Below, piece after piece: positions 39,888-55,450 of a stretch of DNA of 64,000 bases; the stretch's first letter is position 1, and every line of letters begins with the position of its first letter. The notes beneath the pieces are model-generated. The model was given only the letters and a program-made list of their open reading frames with translations. It was not told where the DNA came from and did no database searches. This DNA is from Octopus vulgaris. Its lineage: Eukaryota. Both the position numbers and the translations under genes were made by a program. Where the stretch lies: contig OX597834.1 in assembly GCA_951406725.2 (NCBI GenBank), positions 39,990,001 through 40,054,000 of the forward strand, read 5' to 3'.

Positions 39888-41709
39888 GAAATATATTTTG
39901 TTTAAACACCACAGCTGGAGAAATTAATATGTTCTGGCCAAGCAGTTAATTCAGTGTCAAATATCTTAACAAAGCAGAGAGAATGGAGCTATCCAAACGA
40001 TGACAAATTGATTTCAGACATAATTACATCCTCCCAACGTCCATTTTCCCAAGCTTGCATGAGTTGGACAGAGTTTCTCGAAGCAGATTTTCTTATGACC
40101 AGATGCCCTTCCTGTCACCAACCCTCACCTGTTTCCAAGCAAAGTAATTGGAAAACAAACTCTTTTTTTACATCCCATCCATCCCTGGGGCCTACAACAT
40201 CTCACTCGCATTTACAGAAGCGGTGAAATGCCAGATTCTGTGACACACATACCTTTTTTCCTCTTCCTCTCTCACCCCGCCTCTCTACCATCAATATCAA
40301 CGGATTAAAGGAAGTGACTAGACATTGAGAATCAAGTAAAACTGGGTCATCACCAACTCCGCCACGAACACGGTTGACTGCCCTCCGTGGTTCTTGGTTC
40401 AAACAGTGTTTATTATATACAGTATTGATTTTTCAATTTGCTATTTCAAATATCAGTTTTCACGATTATCTCTCAGTAAAATACACAATTTTCTTGTAAC
40501 AAATGGGACTCAGAGAAGACATAAATCTCTTGTCAGAACATTTTTTTTTTATAGTTTGTTGTAGTAACATTGTAGTAATGTGGCTTCACTAGCAACTGCT
40601 GGTTGCCATGGCAATTATAGTTTGTTGCTTGATGAGGTTGCAGGTATGGGTGCGTGGTTAAGAAGATTGGTTTTAGAAGCATGTGGTTTTGGGTTCTGTT
40701 CCACAGCATGGCATCTTGGCCAAAAGCCTTCTGCTAGAGACCCAGACTGGGCAAAGACTTGTGAGTGGATCTGATAGATGGAAATTGAAAGAAGCCCATC
40801 ATGTCTATGAATGTACATATATATATATACACACACAGACACATACATATTATATACAAACATATATATATACATATATATATATATATACAAACGATGG
40901 CAGAAACGTTAGCACGCCGGGCGAAATGCAGCGGTATTTCGTCTGTCATGTTATGAGTTCAAATTCTGCCAAGGTCAACTTTGCCTTTCATCCTTTCGGG
41001 GTCGATAAATAAATTACCAGTTTCACACTGGGGTCAATCTAATCGACTTAATCCCTTTGTCTGTCCTTGTTTGTCCCCTCTATGCTTAGCCCCTTGTGGG
41101 TAGTAAAGAAATATATATATATACACACATATGCATACATACACACACATATATATACATACACACATACAAACATACATACACACACATATACACATAC
41201 ACACATATATACATACATACACACATTTATATACATATATGCATACATACACATACATATACATACATTCATATATACATACATACCAGTTTTCGCCAAC
41301 CATCTAACCCATACCAACATGGAAAGCAGAGGCTAAATGATAATGGTGATGATATATATATATTCTCTTCTCAGTTCCCATGCTTATTACAACAGTCCTT
41401 GTAAAAGAACTCAGAAGGTTGGACCTCCAGCCAGGCCTTCTGCAATATTCTTAAAGCCAGGAACTTTTCAGTATGCCCACATATGTATACACACACACTC
41501 ACTCACACACACACACACACATACACATATATTGATCACAACTGTCCTATGAATGGCATCATGAAACTCTGAGTAACAGTTTGTTGTGATGTTTCTACAA
41601 CCTTAATAAAAAAGTATATTACTCTGCCTTTGGTATTTGAGTACTATTTTCCACACCTTACTTTTCATTTACATGCTTGCTCATATATATATATATAAAT
41701 ATATACATC

Positions 41710-41848
41710 CTGTTGTGTCTGGGGAGAGTCATTTTCTTTTTGTGCCTTATAATTTCCACTTATTTCTTATTTTTATTTTCCTAAAATTTTCGTTGCGTCT
41801 TGCAACCTTTTCAATAGTCTTGAATATGCTTCAACACATGAACTCATA
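41710..41848 (-). mobile_element. Single-arm copy of the 23731 palindrome element
   Basis: Same arm and spacer, followed by the gaatatgcttcaacac..gaactca flank but with no inverted arm. Confidence 0.85.
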
Positions 41849-41879
41849 TAAAGAATCTTGCATACCAAATCCCAAAACG

Positions 41880-41911
<32 letters not shown>

Positions 41912-42148
41912 ACATGCACATACATAGATACATATACAAACACACACACATTCTATAAATAAATATTTTCTTGGTAGTCTCTCAAGCCCAAGAAAGATGG
42001 TTCTGCAATTCATCACAGAACAACCTACACAGAACATCCGTTTATAGTGGTCAAATGTTTGTGATGTTCACGAGCTCACTGCTTCCAGCAATCAACATTG
42101 CCTCTGGAGATACACAGTATGCCATACATCAAATGTCAAAGTGATATA

Positions 42149-42201
<53 letters not shown>

Positions 42202-42224
42202 ATGTATAATATATTTTTTTATCG

Positions 42225-42407
42225 TTATTTGTTTCAGTCATTAGACTGCAGCTATGCTGGGGCAACACCTTGAGTTTTTAGCCAAATGCCTGGTACTTTT
42301 TCTATCAATCTCTTTTTGCCGAACTGCTAAGTTACAGGGATGCAAACACACCAACATGGGTTGTCAAGAAGTGGTGGGGGAACAAACACAGACACAAAGA
42401 CACACTC

Positions 42408-42464
<57 letters not shown>

Positions 42465-42628
42465 TATACATATATGATGGGCTTCTTTCAGTTTCCATCT
42501 ACCAAACCCACTCACAAGGCTTTGGTCAGCCCGAGGTTAGAGTAGAAAACACTTGTCCAAGGTGCCATGCAGTGGGACTGAACCCAGAACCATGTGGTTG
42601 GTTAGCAAGCTTCTTACCACACAGCCAT
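42225..42628 (-). mobile_element. SINE family A, near full length
   Basis: Reverse complement of the family A consensus seen at 28306. Confidence 0.85.
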
Positions 42629-44458
42629 CATCATCATCATCATTATTATTCTACAGCCGTTGTCCATGCTGGCATGGGTTGGACAGTTTGACCAGGGATG
42701 TCAAGCTGGGAAGCTGCACCAAACTCCAGTCTGATTTAGCATGATTTTCCACGGCTGGATGCCCTTCCTGATGCCAACCACTCCAAGAGTGTAATGGGTA
42801 CTTTTACGTGCTACTGGCATGGTTGCCATTCGCATGACACCAGAATCTGTCACAACTGCAATTGCATGGTTCTAGATTTAGTCCCACTGCATCACACCTT
42901 GAGCAAGTGTCTCCTACTGTAACCTCGGGCTGACCAAAGCCTTGAGTGGATATGGTAGATGGAAAACTAAAAGAAGCCCATCGTGTGTATGTGTGTGTGG
43001 GCATGTGTATGTATGTGTGTGTGGGCATGTGTGTGTATGTGTCTGTGTTTGTCCACCCACCATCGCTTGACAACCACTGTTGGTGTGTTTACATCCCCGT
43101 AACTTAGCGGTTCGGCAAAAGGTACCGATAGAATAAGTACTAGGCTTACAAAGAATAAGTCCTGGGGTCGATTTGTTCAACTAAAGGCAATGCTCCAGCA
43201 TGGCAGCAATCAAGATGCCTGAAAAGAATATATTATATCACTTGACTAACTTTCACCCTGTTCTTATCAAGGTCACGAGCAGATCCTGAATTCCTCAGTA
43301 TTGCTTGTCAAAGGAATCGGCTGATATTCTTGTATATTGCGTTTCAAACCCTGACTGAGTTCACTAAGTCTTTCATCCCCCTGGGGGTCCATAAAAGAAG
43401 GGCACCAATGAAGTATTGGTGTCGATGTAATTGATGATACAAAACCTTTGTCCCTACAAATATGTGTCAAATTGGACCTATATTACGAATCAATATCATT
43501 TACATAAAGATATTACAGTTGCCATGGAGACTGTATTGATTAGAGGGGGAGTAGAGGAAACCAGTAAGGGGTGGATGGGTGGACAAAAAGCACAACAAAA
43601 GGAGGCGATAAAAATTAATCAATATCCACCCATGTCAAACCCATTAAAGCATGGGAAAACAGAGGCGGAGGTGGAGGTGGTGGCCTACATTTATCTAGTC
43701 ATTCATATAGAATGGAATACCAGCATTATTATTATTATTATTATTATTGTTATTATTATTAAGTTAGCAAGCTGGCAGAATTGTTAGCACGCTGTGAAAA
43801 ATGCTTAATGGTATTTCATCTGTCCTTTATGTTCTGAGTTCAAATTCCGCTGAGGTCAACTTTGCCTTTCATCCTTTCGGGGGTCGATGAAATAAGTGCC
43901 ATCAGATAAAAGTGTGACATCAGATAAAAGGGTTCATGCAGTGCCACATAAAAGTGCCTGTGTGGCACCACATGAAAGGACCCACATGGTGCCACATGAA
44001 AAAGCATTCATGTGGTGTCACATAAAATCACTCGTGTGACATCACGTAAAAGCACCTGTGCAGATCCACATTAAAGTGCCCGTGCAGTGCCACCCAACAG
44101 CACCTAGCACACTCTGTAAAGGGGTTGGCGTTAGGGAGGGCATCGAGCTGTAGAAACCCTGCCAAATCAGACCAGAGTTTAGTGCAGCTCCCCAGCTCTG
44201 GTCAAACAGTCCAACCCATGCCAGCATGGACAACAGATGATGATGATGATGAAATCCTTTATTTTTCTATCTTTTACTTGTTTCAGTCATTGTACCGGGG
44301 CCATGCTGGGGCACTCAAGAAGCAAATCAATCCCGGCCCTTATTTTCACTTAAAGTCTGGAACCGATTTTATTAGTCTCTTTTGCCAGACTGCTAAGTGA
44401 TAATAAAAACATAGATAAAAACCAACACCAGTTGTCAAGCAGCGGGAATGGGGCAAAC

Positions 44459-44503
<45 letters not shown>

Positions 44504-45131
44504 CGCACACACACACATACACACACGAACACACAAGAGGTTTCCTCACAGTTTCCATCAACCAATGGCCCAATTAGGGCTAATCGTTGGAGACACTTGC
44601 CTAAGGTGCCATGCCACGGGACTGAACTCACAACCACATTGTTGCAAAGCAAGCTTCTTGACCACACAGCTATGCCTGTGCCTAGCCAAGGGAAATAACC
44701 CAAAGTGGACTAATGCCATAATTTTGGTTATCTAAGTTAAGTGCTAGTATATATTGAATATTGCTCAAACAAAAGAAAAAATTTTGTCTGTATTAGTAAA
44801 GTCATTTTGACCTGATGACAGATATAACCATTTGGGGTCAATTTATAAACAGCATTCATTCTCTCTCTCTCCCTCACACACACACACTCACCCCTCTCTC
44901 TTTCTCACCTTCATACACAACTCACACACACACACACACACACGTCTCTTCCTGGTATTGAATAAGAATATCTCAGGTAATTCTCTTTCAAAAATTGCAC
45001 CAAAAGGATTTACAAACACAGACAGACAGATACACACACACACACAGTCACATACACATACATATGTACCTCATATCTAGGTATACTTACAGACATACCT
45101 GTGCACACAAACACATGTATTTATATACAAT

Positions 45132-45166
<35 letters not shown>

Positions 45167-45659
45167 CTTGCATACTACATAGACACATATTATATACACA
45201 TACATTCATACATTTTATTAATAGCTGAAGACATGAGTAGTTCTTTATCACCCCCACCACCTCATCACACTGCAAACTGACTACCAGGTGGTGCTGTTTG
45301 ATTTAGCAGCTGAAATCTAGCGACACACACGACAATTGTCAGTCTGATAAAAACTGTCCATCCCCCCCCCCCCACAACACTCACTGAGATCTTATCTCTC
45401 AATCACTCACCCTCTCCTATCATCATCATCATCATCATTGAATGTATGTTTTGTCCATGCTGGCATGGGTTGGATGGTTTGACAGGAGCTGGCAAGTCGG
45501 AGAGCTGCACCAGTCTCCGTTTTTTTTATTTTTATATTTTGTTTATTTCATTTAGTTTCAGCTCACAAGCTGTGGCCATGCTGGGGCACCGCCTGTTTCA
45601 GCAAGGTTTCTATGGCTTCATGCCCTTCCTAATGTTACCCACCTTTACAACATGTACTG

Positions 45660-46142
45660 GGTTCTTTCCCTATGGAGCCAGCACAGGTACTTTTAATGTG
45701 GAAACAGCACAGGTGCTTTTAATGTGCCACCTGCACAGGTGCTTTTAATGTGGTACCAGGACAGGTACTTTTTATGTGGAACCAACATAGGTGCTTATGT
45801 GACACCAGCACAGGTGCTTTTTATGTGGTACCAGGACAGGTACTTTTTATGTGGAACCAACATAGGTGCTCATGTGACACCAGCACAGGTGCTTTTTATG
45901 TGGCACCAGAACAGGTGCTTTTTATGTGCCACCTGCACAGGTGATTTTTATGTGGAACCAACATAGTTGCTTACCATGTGGCCCTGACATGAATGCTTTT
46001 TATGTGGCATTGGCATGGGTGTTTTTATATGGCACCAGCACAGGTGTTTTTTATGCAGCACCTGCACAGGTGTGTTTTACATAGCAGATGCACAGGTGCT
46101 TTTTAAGTGTTACTGGCTCTGGTGTTTTTTATATGGCACCAG
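45660..46142. repeat. About 20-bp minisatellite (gcacaggtgctttttatgtggcacca) expanded inside a family C element
   Basis: Near-exact 75-bp higher-order duplication at 45751 and 45826. A related array lies on the opposite strand at 43905-44090. Confidence 0.9.
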
Positions 46143-47272
46143 CACTATCATGGTTGCCAAGTAATTTGCAAGGCAAAGATCTTTTAGTTAAGAGAGGGAG
46201 TGAAACCGAGAGAAGTTGCTGTGCACCAGGCAAGAAGTTAGAGTATGACAGAGGGACAGAGATAATTGTCTTACTATAGAGGAGATACCTGGCCAGCCTA
46301 GTAGGACAAGGAAGAAGTAAGGTAGGAGAGAGAGAGAGAGAGAGAGAAAAAGATAGAGACAGAATTTACTTAAATACACCAGTGTAACTAAGGATGGTAG
46401 TGGGCCTCCCCTGTACACTGTACCATATTTGTTATGAAATATACACATACAGATAGATGAGAGTGTATATACATATTTCTAAAATTATTACTCTTTCTTC
46501 AGTGCTACAGTCAATCTATTATCCATCCACAAACACATTGTTTAAATAACCACTAAATTCTGCAAGTAATATATTAAATGCAATCCTGGCAACAGGTACA
46601 TATGTATTAATTGCTGGCTGGGTATTTTGTTTTGCATCCATGATATATTACCAAATATGCAGAAATATACACATAAAGATAGTAGGGAGGGAGAGAGAGA
46701 GACAGAGAGAAAGAGAGAGAGAGATTACAATTTATTAATTGAAAAGGACTGACATGACCACTTTCCCTCTCCTCGTGTGCATAATGAGAGATATGCTAAC
46801 ACACATAAACAAAGAGAGAAGGACGTTAAAATATTTGTTGTCAAAAAAAAAAAAGTAATGAATCAGGGACATCAAAAAGGGCTGTGCTGAGCCTAGAACA
46901 TTTTATACCATACGTGTCCACACGGAATACTCTGTGAAATGGTTGGTAGCAGGAAAGGCATTCAGCCATAGAAACCATGCCAAAAATATAATGTTTGAGC
47001 CAGATGTAATCCGCTGATCCATTCGGAATGGAAATAAACAATAATGGGAACTGAATCAAACCAAGGTGACCTGGCCAACCCAAATCAGCATGGAAAAAAA
47101 TACTACATACACACACACATATGTATGTATAGATAAGCATATAATACACATGTGTCTATCTATTTATTTATCTATCCCTTTATCAATATATATATATATA
47201 CTATATCTATATATATAAATCTATATCTATATATATATATATATATATAATCTATATCTATATCTATAAATC

Positions 47273-47303
<31 letters not shown>

Positions 47304-47571
47304 CTCTATATGTATATTATATATATATATTGGTAGCTATAAATACAGCTAGCTATAGATTTATATAGATATAGATATATGTATATATAGACATGTTTAA
47401 AGGCAAGTAATGTATAAATAGGTATTTAGTATCAAATTTTACCAATTCTATTCGAGATTATTACATTAAGAATCACAGATGGAGACAAAAATGGAAGCAA
47501 ATGGTAGAACAAAATATAAATAACTAAGCAGAAACAGAAAACAAGAAATAGTATTCAGGAATTAGACAGAG

Positions 47572-47629
<58 letters not shown>

Positions 47630-47667
47630 TAATAATGATAATAATAATAACAACAATAATAATAATG

Positions 47668-47707
<40 letters not shown>

Positions 47708-47745
47708 TAATAATGATAATAATAATAACAACAATAATAATAATG

Positions 47746-47782
<37 letters not shown>

Positions 47783-47878
47783 TAATAATGATAATAATAA
47801 TAACAACAATAATAATAATGATAATAATAATGATAATAATAATAATAACAACAACAATAATAATAATAATAATGATAA
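47572..47878. repeat. (TAA)n microsatellite with periodic CAA/TGA variants
   Basis: Directly visible. Confidence 0.97.
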
Positions 47879-48005
47879 ATTTCATTGACTTCTTTTTGGT
47901 TTTGTTTTGGTTAACATATATCGATTCCTGACTTAATAACAATAATAATAAAATTCTGATCTTTCCTATTTTCATCTTCAAAAGCAATTTGTAGATCAAA
48001 AAGAA

Positions 48006-48058
<53 letters not shown>

Positions 48059-48258
48059 CACACACACACATTACATACACGCACACACACACATATATAT
48101 ATACACATACATACATACACACACATATACACAGACAATATATATATACATACACACATATAAACAGACACTATACATACATACATACATACATACATAC
48201 ATACATACATACATACATACATACATACATACATACATACATACATACATACATACAT

Positions 48259-48324
<66 letters not shown>

Positions 48325-48699
48325 TCAGAATTAAAGAAGAGAACAATCGGATATGAAAAAAAGAAGAAGTGAGAATATAGGAATGCATTGAAATACCGAA
48401 ACGAGGAATTAATGAGTTAGCACCATAGAAAAGTACAGAATTTAACTGTGAAACTATAGAGTCAGAGTTAGATTCTTGGAGTAGATAATGAGTTTCATAA
48501 ATGGTTTCACCTTTGACATGATCTACAGCCAGTTTGCAGACACATCTCGACCAATCTATTAGTGCCATCTGAGGGGTTGAGAGTAATCCCCACCCCCAAG
48601 ATCAACATGGCCCAACGATAGGAGAAGAGAGACCCCCCCAACATAATAACTGGTACCTATTATGACTACATAATGACCTTCATTGAGCAACAACCAACA

Positions 48700-49525
48700 T
48701 AAAGCGACATGACCACCACCACCACTACCAGTGCCATCATCACCAACACCGCCACCAAAATAATGTTGCCACCAACACCAGTACCACAACCAAAACTACT
48801 GTCACCACCGCCACCACCAACGCCACCACCACCACCAATACCAGCGACAACAACACTATCACCACCACCACCACCACCAATACCAGTGACACCACCAGTG
48901 CCATCATCAACACTGCCACCGAAGCAATGCTAACACCACCACCAACAGCACCAATACTGCCAATACTGCCATGACCAACACTCCTGTCACCACCTTCAAC
49001 ACCACCACCACTGCACCACCACCACCACTGCACCACCACCACCAACACTGCCAACACCACCATGACCAACACTCCTGTCACCACCTTCACCACCACCACT
49101 GCACTCACCACCACCACTGCACTCACCACCACCACCACTGCACTCACCACCACCACTGCACTCACCACCACCACTGCACTCACCACCACCACTGCACTCA
49201 CCACCACCACCACCAATACCAACACTGCCAATGCTACCATGACCAACACTACTGTCACCACCTTCACCACCACCACCACCAGCGCCATCACCACCACCAA
49301 CACCATCACCAAAAGCACCACCACCAGCACCAACACTACCACTAGTATTACCAACGCCACCACCAACACCATCTCCACCACCACCACTACCAACGACAAC
49401 AACACTATCACCACCAACACCACCACCACCCACACCGCCGTCAACATCAACACCACAAGCGACATCACCAACACGATCACCACCACCACCACTACACCAC
49501 CACCAACAACAACAACAACAATGTA
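48700..49525. repeat. (ACC)n-derived low-complexity region with internal repeats
   Basis: atgaccaacact(c/a)ctgtcaccaccttca occurs three times (48971, 49062, 49239), and there is an (actgcactcaccaccacc)n array. Confidence 0.85.
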
Positions 49526-49922
49526 GCAGGGTGGAAAAGGCAATGAACTTAATTAGCGTTGAGGAAAAATAAAAAAACAGTAATCAACGGATGTGGAATA
49601 TGGCAAAGATATATTTCTGGCAAGGCGCTGTATAATGGCACTTTTATGGTTATGGAGACTGATAGCATGGTGATGCACCAGTCTAACACATGCAGCTGCA
49701 CATGGATTCTGACGTTAAGAGCATAATCAGTTTGAAGGTGGAACCAGGAAGACTTCGTTAAACTCACTATCTCGTTACAATTGGAATCTTTGATAGTGCC
49801 TGCCAACATAAATATTCTCTCTTTAGGCACACACTTGCATCAGCCACATGTACATACACATACATAGTTGTGTATGTATGTATATATATGTATGTGTGTG
49901 TGTATATGTATATATATGTATA

Positions 49923-49953
<31 letters not shown>

Positions 49954-49959
49954 GTGTGT

Positions 49960-49990
<31 letters not shown>

Positions 49991-50489
49991 CACAAACATA
50001 TATATACATATTTAAACACACATACACACACACATATATATACATATTTAAACACACATCTATAAATATATACACACATATTTAAACTCACATCTATATA
50101 TATATATACACACATATACATATTTAAACAGGCATCTATATATATATACACACACACAAACACACACATATATATACACATTTAAACACATATCTATATA
50201 CATACACACACATATATTTAAACACATCTATACACACATACATATATTTAAACACACATCTACATATATATATATACACACATACATATTTAAACACATC
50301 TATACACATATATATACACACATATTTAAACACTTCTATATATATATACACACACACACACATGTATGTGATTACATACACTTACACATATATGACTGTG
50401 TATACAGGACTATACAAACATATACTTTCAAATATATATATGTATATTTATAGATACATATACAAAAACATATACATGTGTGTGTGTGA

Positions 50490-50540
<51 letters not shown>

Positions 50541-50992
50541 TACACATATACACACATATATATACATGTCTGTGTGTATACATATACAAACACAAACACA
50601 CCTATACAGGTACATACACACATGCTCATTAAGATACATAGTATATATATGTACACACACACACACACCTGTCTCTGCATGTATGGGATGGTGGTGTCGA
50701 CGTTAAATACCTGGTGTATTTGTTTAAAATAATAAAATCTAAAATGATAAAAAAAATGCTAAACAATATGTTACCAAGGTAACGTAATTAGAGGTAGGGG
50801 GACGGGGGGTTTGTAGAGAGATTACTAAAGGGGCTTTTTTTATGGTATTCCTGTTTGCTTCCCAACCACATGGTTTTAGGTTCAATCCCACTGCGTGGCA
50901 CCGTGGGTAAGGGTCTTCTACTGTAGCCTTGGGCTAAACAAAGCCTTGTGGGTGGATTTGGTAGATGGAAACTGAAAGAAGACCATCATATA

Positions 50993-51039
<47 letters not shown>

Positions 51040-51303
51040 TTATGTGTGTCCCTGTGTCAGTATTTGTTTCCCCCAACACCACCCTCGCATGATAACTGAT
51101 GGTGGTGCGTTTACGTCTCTGTAACTTAGCAATTCAGCAAAAGAGGCCGATAGAATAAGTACTAGACTTACAAAGAATAAGTCCTGGGGTCGATTTCTTC
51201 AACTAGAACCCTTTAAGGCAATGCTTCAACATGGCCACAGTCAAATGACTGAAAAAACAAAAGAATAAAATTGATATGCAGTTGATTGACAGAATATTTC
51301 TGA

Positions 51304-51542
51304 AGTAATCTGGATAAAGATTTACCTATCCATAAGTAATTTGAATAAAGACTTACCTATCCATAAGTAATTTGAATAAAGACTTACCTATCCATAAGTA
51401 ATTTGAATAAAGATTTACCTATCTGTAAGTAATTTGAATAAAGACTTACCTATTCATAAGTAATTTGAATAAAGACTTACCTATCCATAAGTAATTTGAA
51501 TAAAGACTTACCTATTCTTAAGTAATTTGGATAAAGATTTAC
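51304..51542. repeat. 31-bp minisatellite, about 7.7 copies
   Basis: Unit gaataaagacttacctatccataagtaattt, with no spacers. Confidence 0.97.
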
Positions 51543-51588
51543 TGAGATTGCTACAGTAGACGGAATGTGTGTGTATGTATGTATGTAT

Positions 51589-51619
<31 letters not shown>

Positions 51620-51637
51620 ATATATATATATATATAT

Positions 51638-51850
51638 ACGGGGAGCTTTATGAAAATAAACAAAAGACGAAGGCAGGTGGAATACAAACAAACAATTGTA
51701 TTAGTATGGCGCTCAGGAATATAAATAAAACAAGTCTTTTACGTTTCGAGCCTACGCACTCTTCAACAGAAAGATACACAGAAAAGAAACACGGAGAGAA
51801 ACAAGGAGAGAAAAAAAATTGCGTGCAGAAGCTAGCGAATCAACATGGCG
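51638..51850 (-). mobile_element. Penelope-like fragment with hammerhead-like core, copy 4
   Basis: The minus strand at 51769-51708 reads CTGTTGA-A-GAGT-GCGTAG-GCTC-GAAACGT...AGC-GCC. Both ends abut (TA)n. Confidence 0.55.
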
Positions 51851-52694
51851 ATCTATATATATATGGCGATATATATATGATATTTATTTGTGTGCGTCAT
51901 TGTGTTTGTGTTTGTCCTCCATCACCACCACTGCTTGACAACTAGTGTTGGTGTGTTTGTGTCCTGGTAACTTAACAGTTTAGCAAAAGAGACCAACAGA
52001 ATAAGTATCAGGTTAAAAAAAAATAAGTATGGCAGGCGGGGGTGGTGGTGGGGGGTCACTTCGTTTGACTAAGATCAAGGTGGTGCCCCAGCACAGCCAC
52101 AGTCTAATGACTGAAACAAGCAAAAGACTGAGAATATATACCACCCAACGTGTGGTACACCATTCACCTGTTCAGGTATTGTCGATTTGATGGAGAGAGT
52201 AAGGTAATGAGTGGTACAAACATTTGACCCCTATGAACAATTCATAGGTGCAGGTCATTTGACTAATGCTAAACGCTCATATATCGTCTTTGACAGGAGA
52301 ATCCATCACATATATATATATATGTATATATAAATGTGAGAAGGCATTCTAAATGTAACAGATATCTCTTTGAAGCCAGTTCCAAAGACAGCTTTATAAC
52401 TGGCAAAACCCAGTAAATATTTTCTTCTTATCAGCAAAAATATTAATTATCATAAATATAAAAAAAAAGCATTTTTGGCTCATAAATTATTAGCAATATT
52501 CCTTTGGTGGTTAGAATATTTATGTAGTTTGAAGATCCATCTGGTTTGCAGTGGAGAGAGTACAAGGAATTGGTTAAAGCAATCTGTGGCCCTGGCAACA
52601 ATCATGCTCAGATGTGCTTTTAAGGTTCCACTGGTACAAGAGTCAATCATGTGGTACTGTCATTGGCCCCATCAGCGATTTTATATATTACTAC

Positions 52695-53145
52695 TTTTCT
52701 ACAGAGTTAGTTTTATGTGTAACTGCTGCTTCTACAGTACCAGTTGTATGAATACAGTGTGTTCTTTAGCATTTACATACCTTGCTTACTACTTATGCAG
52801 AGCCACTTGTATGAACATCATGTAACTACTACCTCTACAGAGCCACTTGTATGAACATTGTGTAACTGTTACTTCTGCAGAGTCTGTTGTATGAACATAA
52901 TGTAACTACTACCTATACAGATTCACTTGTATGAACATCCTGTAACTGTTACTCCTACAGAGCCAGTTGTATGAACATCACGTAACTGCTTTTACAGAGC
53001 CAGTTGTATGAATAGTGCAACTGTTACTTCTGCAGAGCCACTTGTATGAACACGGTGTAACTGCTCTTACAGAGCCACTTGTATGAACACAGTACTTTAA
53101 CATTACATACCTGTTACTTCTACAGAGCCAGTTGCATGAATACGC
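52695..53145. repeat. About 40-bp minisatellite, roughly 10 copies
   Basis: Unit ctacagagccacttgtatgaacatcatgtaactgttactt; period 40 between 52798 and 52838. Confidence 0.92.
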
Positions 53146-53353
53146 TGTGTTATGTAACTCTTTTACTTGTTTCAGTCATTTGACCATGACCATGCTGGAC
53201 CACCACCTTAAAGGGTTTCAGTCAAAGAAATTTACCCCAGGACTTATTCTTTGTAAGTCTTGTACATATGTTATCAGTCTCTTTTTTGCTGAGCCACTAA
53301 GTTACGGGGATGTAAACACACTAACATCGGTTGTCAAGTGATGGTTTGGGAGA

Positions 53354-53393
<40 letters not shown>

Positions 53394-54179
53394 ACAGGCT
53401 TCTTACAGTTTCCATCTGTTTCCATCTACTAAATCCACTCACAAGGCTTTGGTCAACTCACAAGGCTATAGAAGAAAACACTAACCCAAGGTGCCACACA
53501 GTGAGACTGAACCTGGAACCATGTGGTTTAGAAGCACTAACTTACCAACTTCACCATGCAACATTTTGAATCAGATTCTACAAAAACAAAGCTGCTTCAT
53601 CTGCTTCTGAAATTCCATCTAACAACACGGACATCATTCTGCTATTCACCATTATGCAAATTAAGCTCCTCGTTTGAGTCACTTTCACAATGACAGTCAC
53701 ACTATCCCAGTGTTAACACAATCAAACACACCTGTTCTTCTCACCTGATCTATTTGCATACAGTCAATTGCATGGGGTTAATACAGGTGTAAGAGATTGA
53801 AACCAAGGAAAATGGCCAACACTTTGGATATTGATCAGCCATAACTTGCAGTTATTTAATTTGGATAACTTTACTTTCAGATACGCTTTAACACTCACTG
53901 ATTTGCTATTCTGTTTTATTTTTTAATCACTGCCATCGTTATTGTTGTTGTTGTTGTTGTTGTTGTCGTCATTCCCACCATCATAGATCTCGTCATAATC
54001 ACCATCATCATCATCATCATCGTGATCATCATTCTCACCATCATCATTACCCATCACCGCCCCATCATCATCACAATTATTTTCACCATCATCATAAGTA
54101 TCACTGTATAGCTTTGTGTGTGTGTGTGTGTGTATATATGTATATATATAATCACCATCATCATGTGCTAGTGTGTATA

Positions 54180-54228
<49 letters not shown>

Positions 54229-54274
54229 TATATATATATATAATCACCATCATCAGCATGTGCTTGTGTGTATA

Positions 54275-54306
<32 letters not shown>

Positions 54307-54779
54307 ATAATCACCATCATTATGTGCTTGTGTATATATGTGTGTGTGTGTATCACCACCATCATCATCATTATTATTTTTATTCTCATCACCATCATCA
54401 CAATCAACATTGTCATAATCAACATCATTTTCATTCCCATCATCATCATCATCAGCACTATCATCTTCACCACCACCACCTCAATCATCATCATCATCGT
54501 CATCCTCTCCGATGGCCACCACTATTGCTATCGAATAACACAAGCACAGACAGACCTACTCATTCCGACTACAATATTAATGTCCACTCTCTCTCCAAAC
54601 AACTCACCCCCAACACTACAAAAGTCACACCTTGTTAATAAATAATACAGTTTCTATCAGATTAGTTCTTATTTCACCATTAAAACCATTCCTTCCATGG
54701 CCACTACCACTACATATTTGCACATATTTGCATATACATAAACACACACAGACACACACACGTTAAACACATGCATACA

Positions 54780-55450
54780 CACACACCTCATCCTGCCATT
54801 CTCCTCCGTTCCCTCCATGACCATTACCCCTACACATACACATCTGAACATACATGCATGCACACGTGCACACACACACACCTCATCCTGCCATTCCTTC
54901 CATGACCACCATCACTGCACACACACACATTCTCCTCCGTTCCCTCCATGACCATTGCCACTACACATACACATCTGAACATACTTGCATGCACACATGT
55001 ACACACACACCTCATCCTGCCATTCCTTCCATGACCACCATCACTGCATATACACACACATACACACACACACACACATTCTCCTCCGTTCCCTCCATGA
55101 CCATTGCCCCTACACATACACATCTGAACATACATGCATGCACACGTGCACACACATACACACCTCATCCTGCCATTCCTTCCATGACCACCATCACTGC
55201 ATATGCACACACACATTCTCCTCCGTTCCCTCCATGACCATTGCCACTACACATACACATCTGAACATACATGCATGTACACATGCACACACACCTCATC
55301 CTGCCATTCCTTCCATGACCACCATCACTGCATATGCACACACACACACATTCTCCTCCGTTCCCTCCATGACCATTGCCACTACATATACATGTCTGAA
55401 CATACATACATGCACACACACACACACACACATGCATGCATACACACACC
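54780..55450. repeat. About 135-bp composite tandem repeat, 5 copies, with embedded (CA)n
   Basis: ttctcctccgttccctccatgaccatt at 54799, 54930, 55079, 55216 and 55351. Length variation comes from the CA tracts. Confidence 0.95.

Noticed and set aside
40270-40330. STININGLKE resembling the N-terminus of a LINE AP endonuclease
   Set aside because: A stop follows a few codons later and no downstream QET or other motifs are present.
48380-48568. Minus-strand ORF MALIDWSRCVCKLAVDHVKGE
   Set aside because: No recognisable homology. The candidate donor G|GTGAAA is weak and the ORF runs on into microsatellite.
48740-49543. Mucin-like Thr-rich ORF 49062-49526 and His-, Val- and Gly-rich overlapping ORFs
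   Set aside because: ACC-derived repeat open in most frames, with no signal peptide or convincing splice sites. A similar ACC region occurs at 16600-16930. Not fully excluded without RNA data.
51304-51542. 31-bp repeat (also the 40-bp and 48-50-bp arrays) as a CRISPR array
   Set aside because: Units are contiguous with no unique spacers, there are no cas genes, and the context is eukaryotic.
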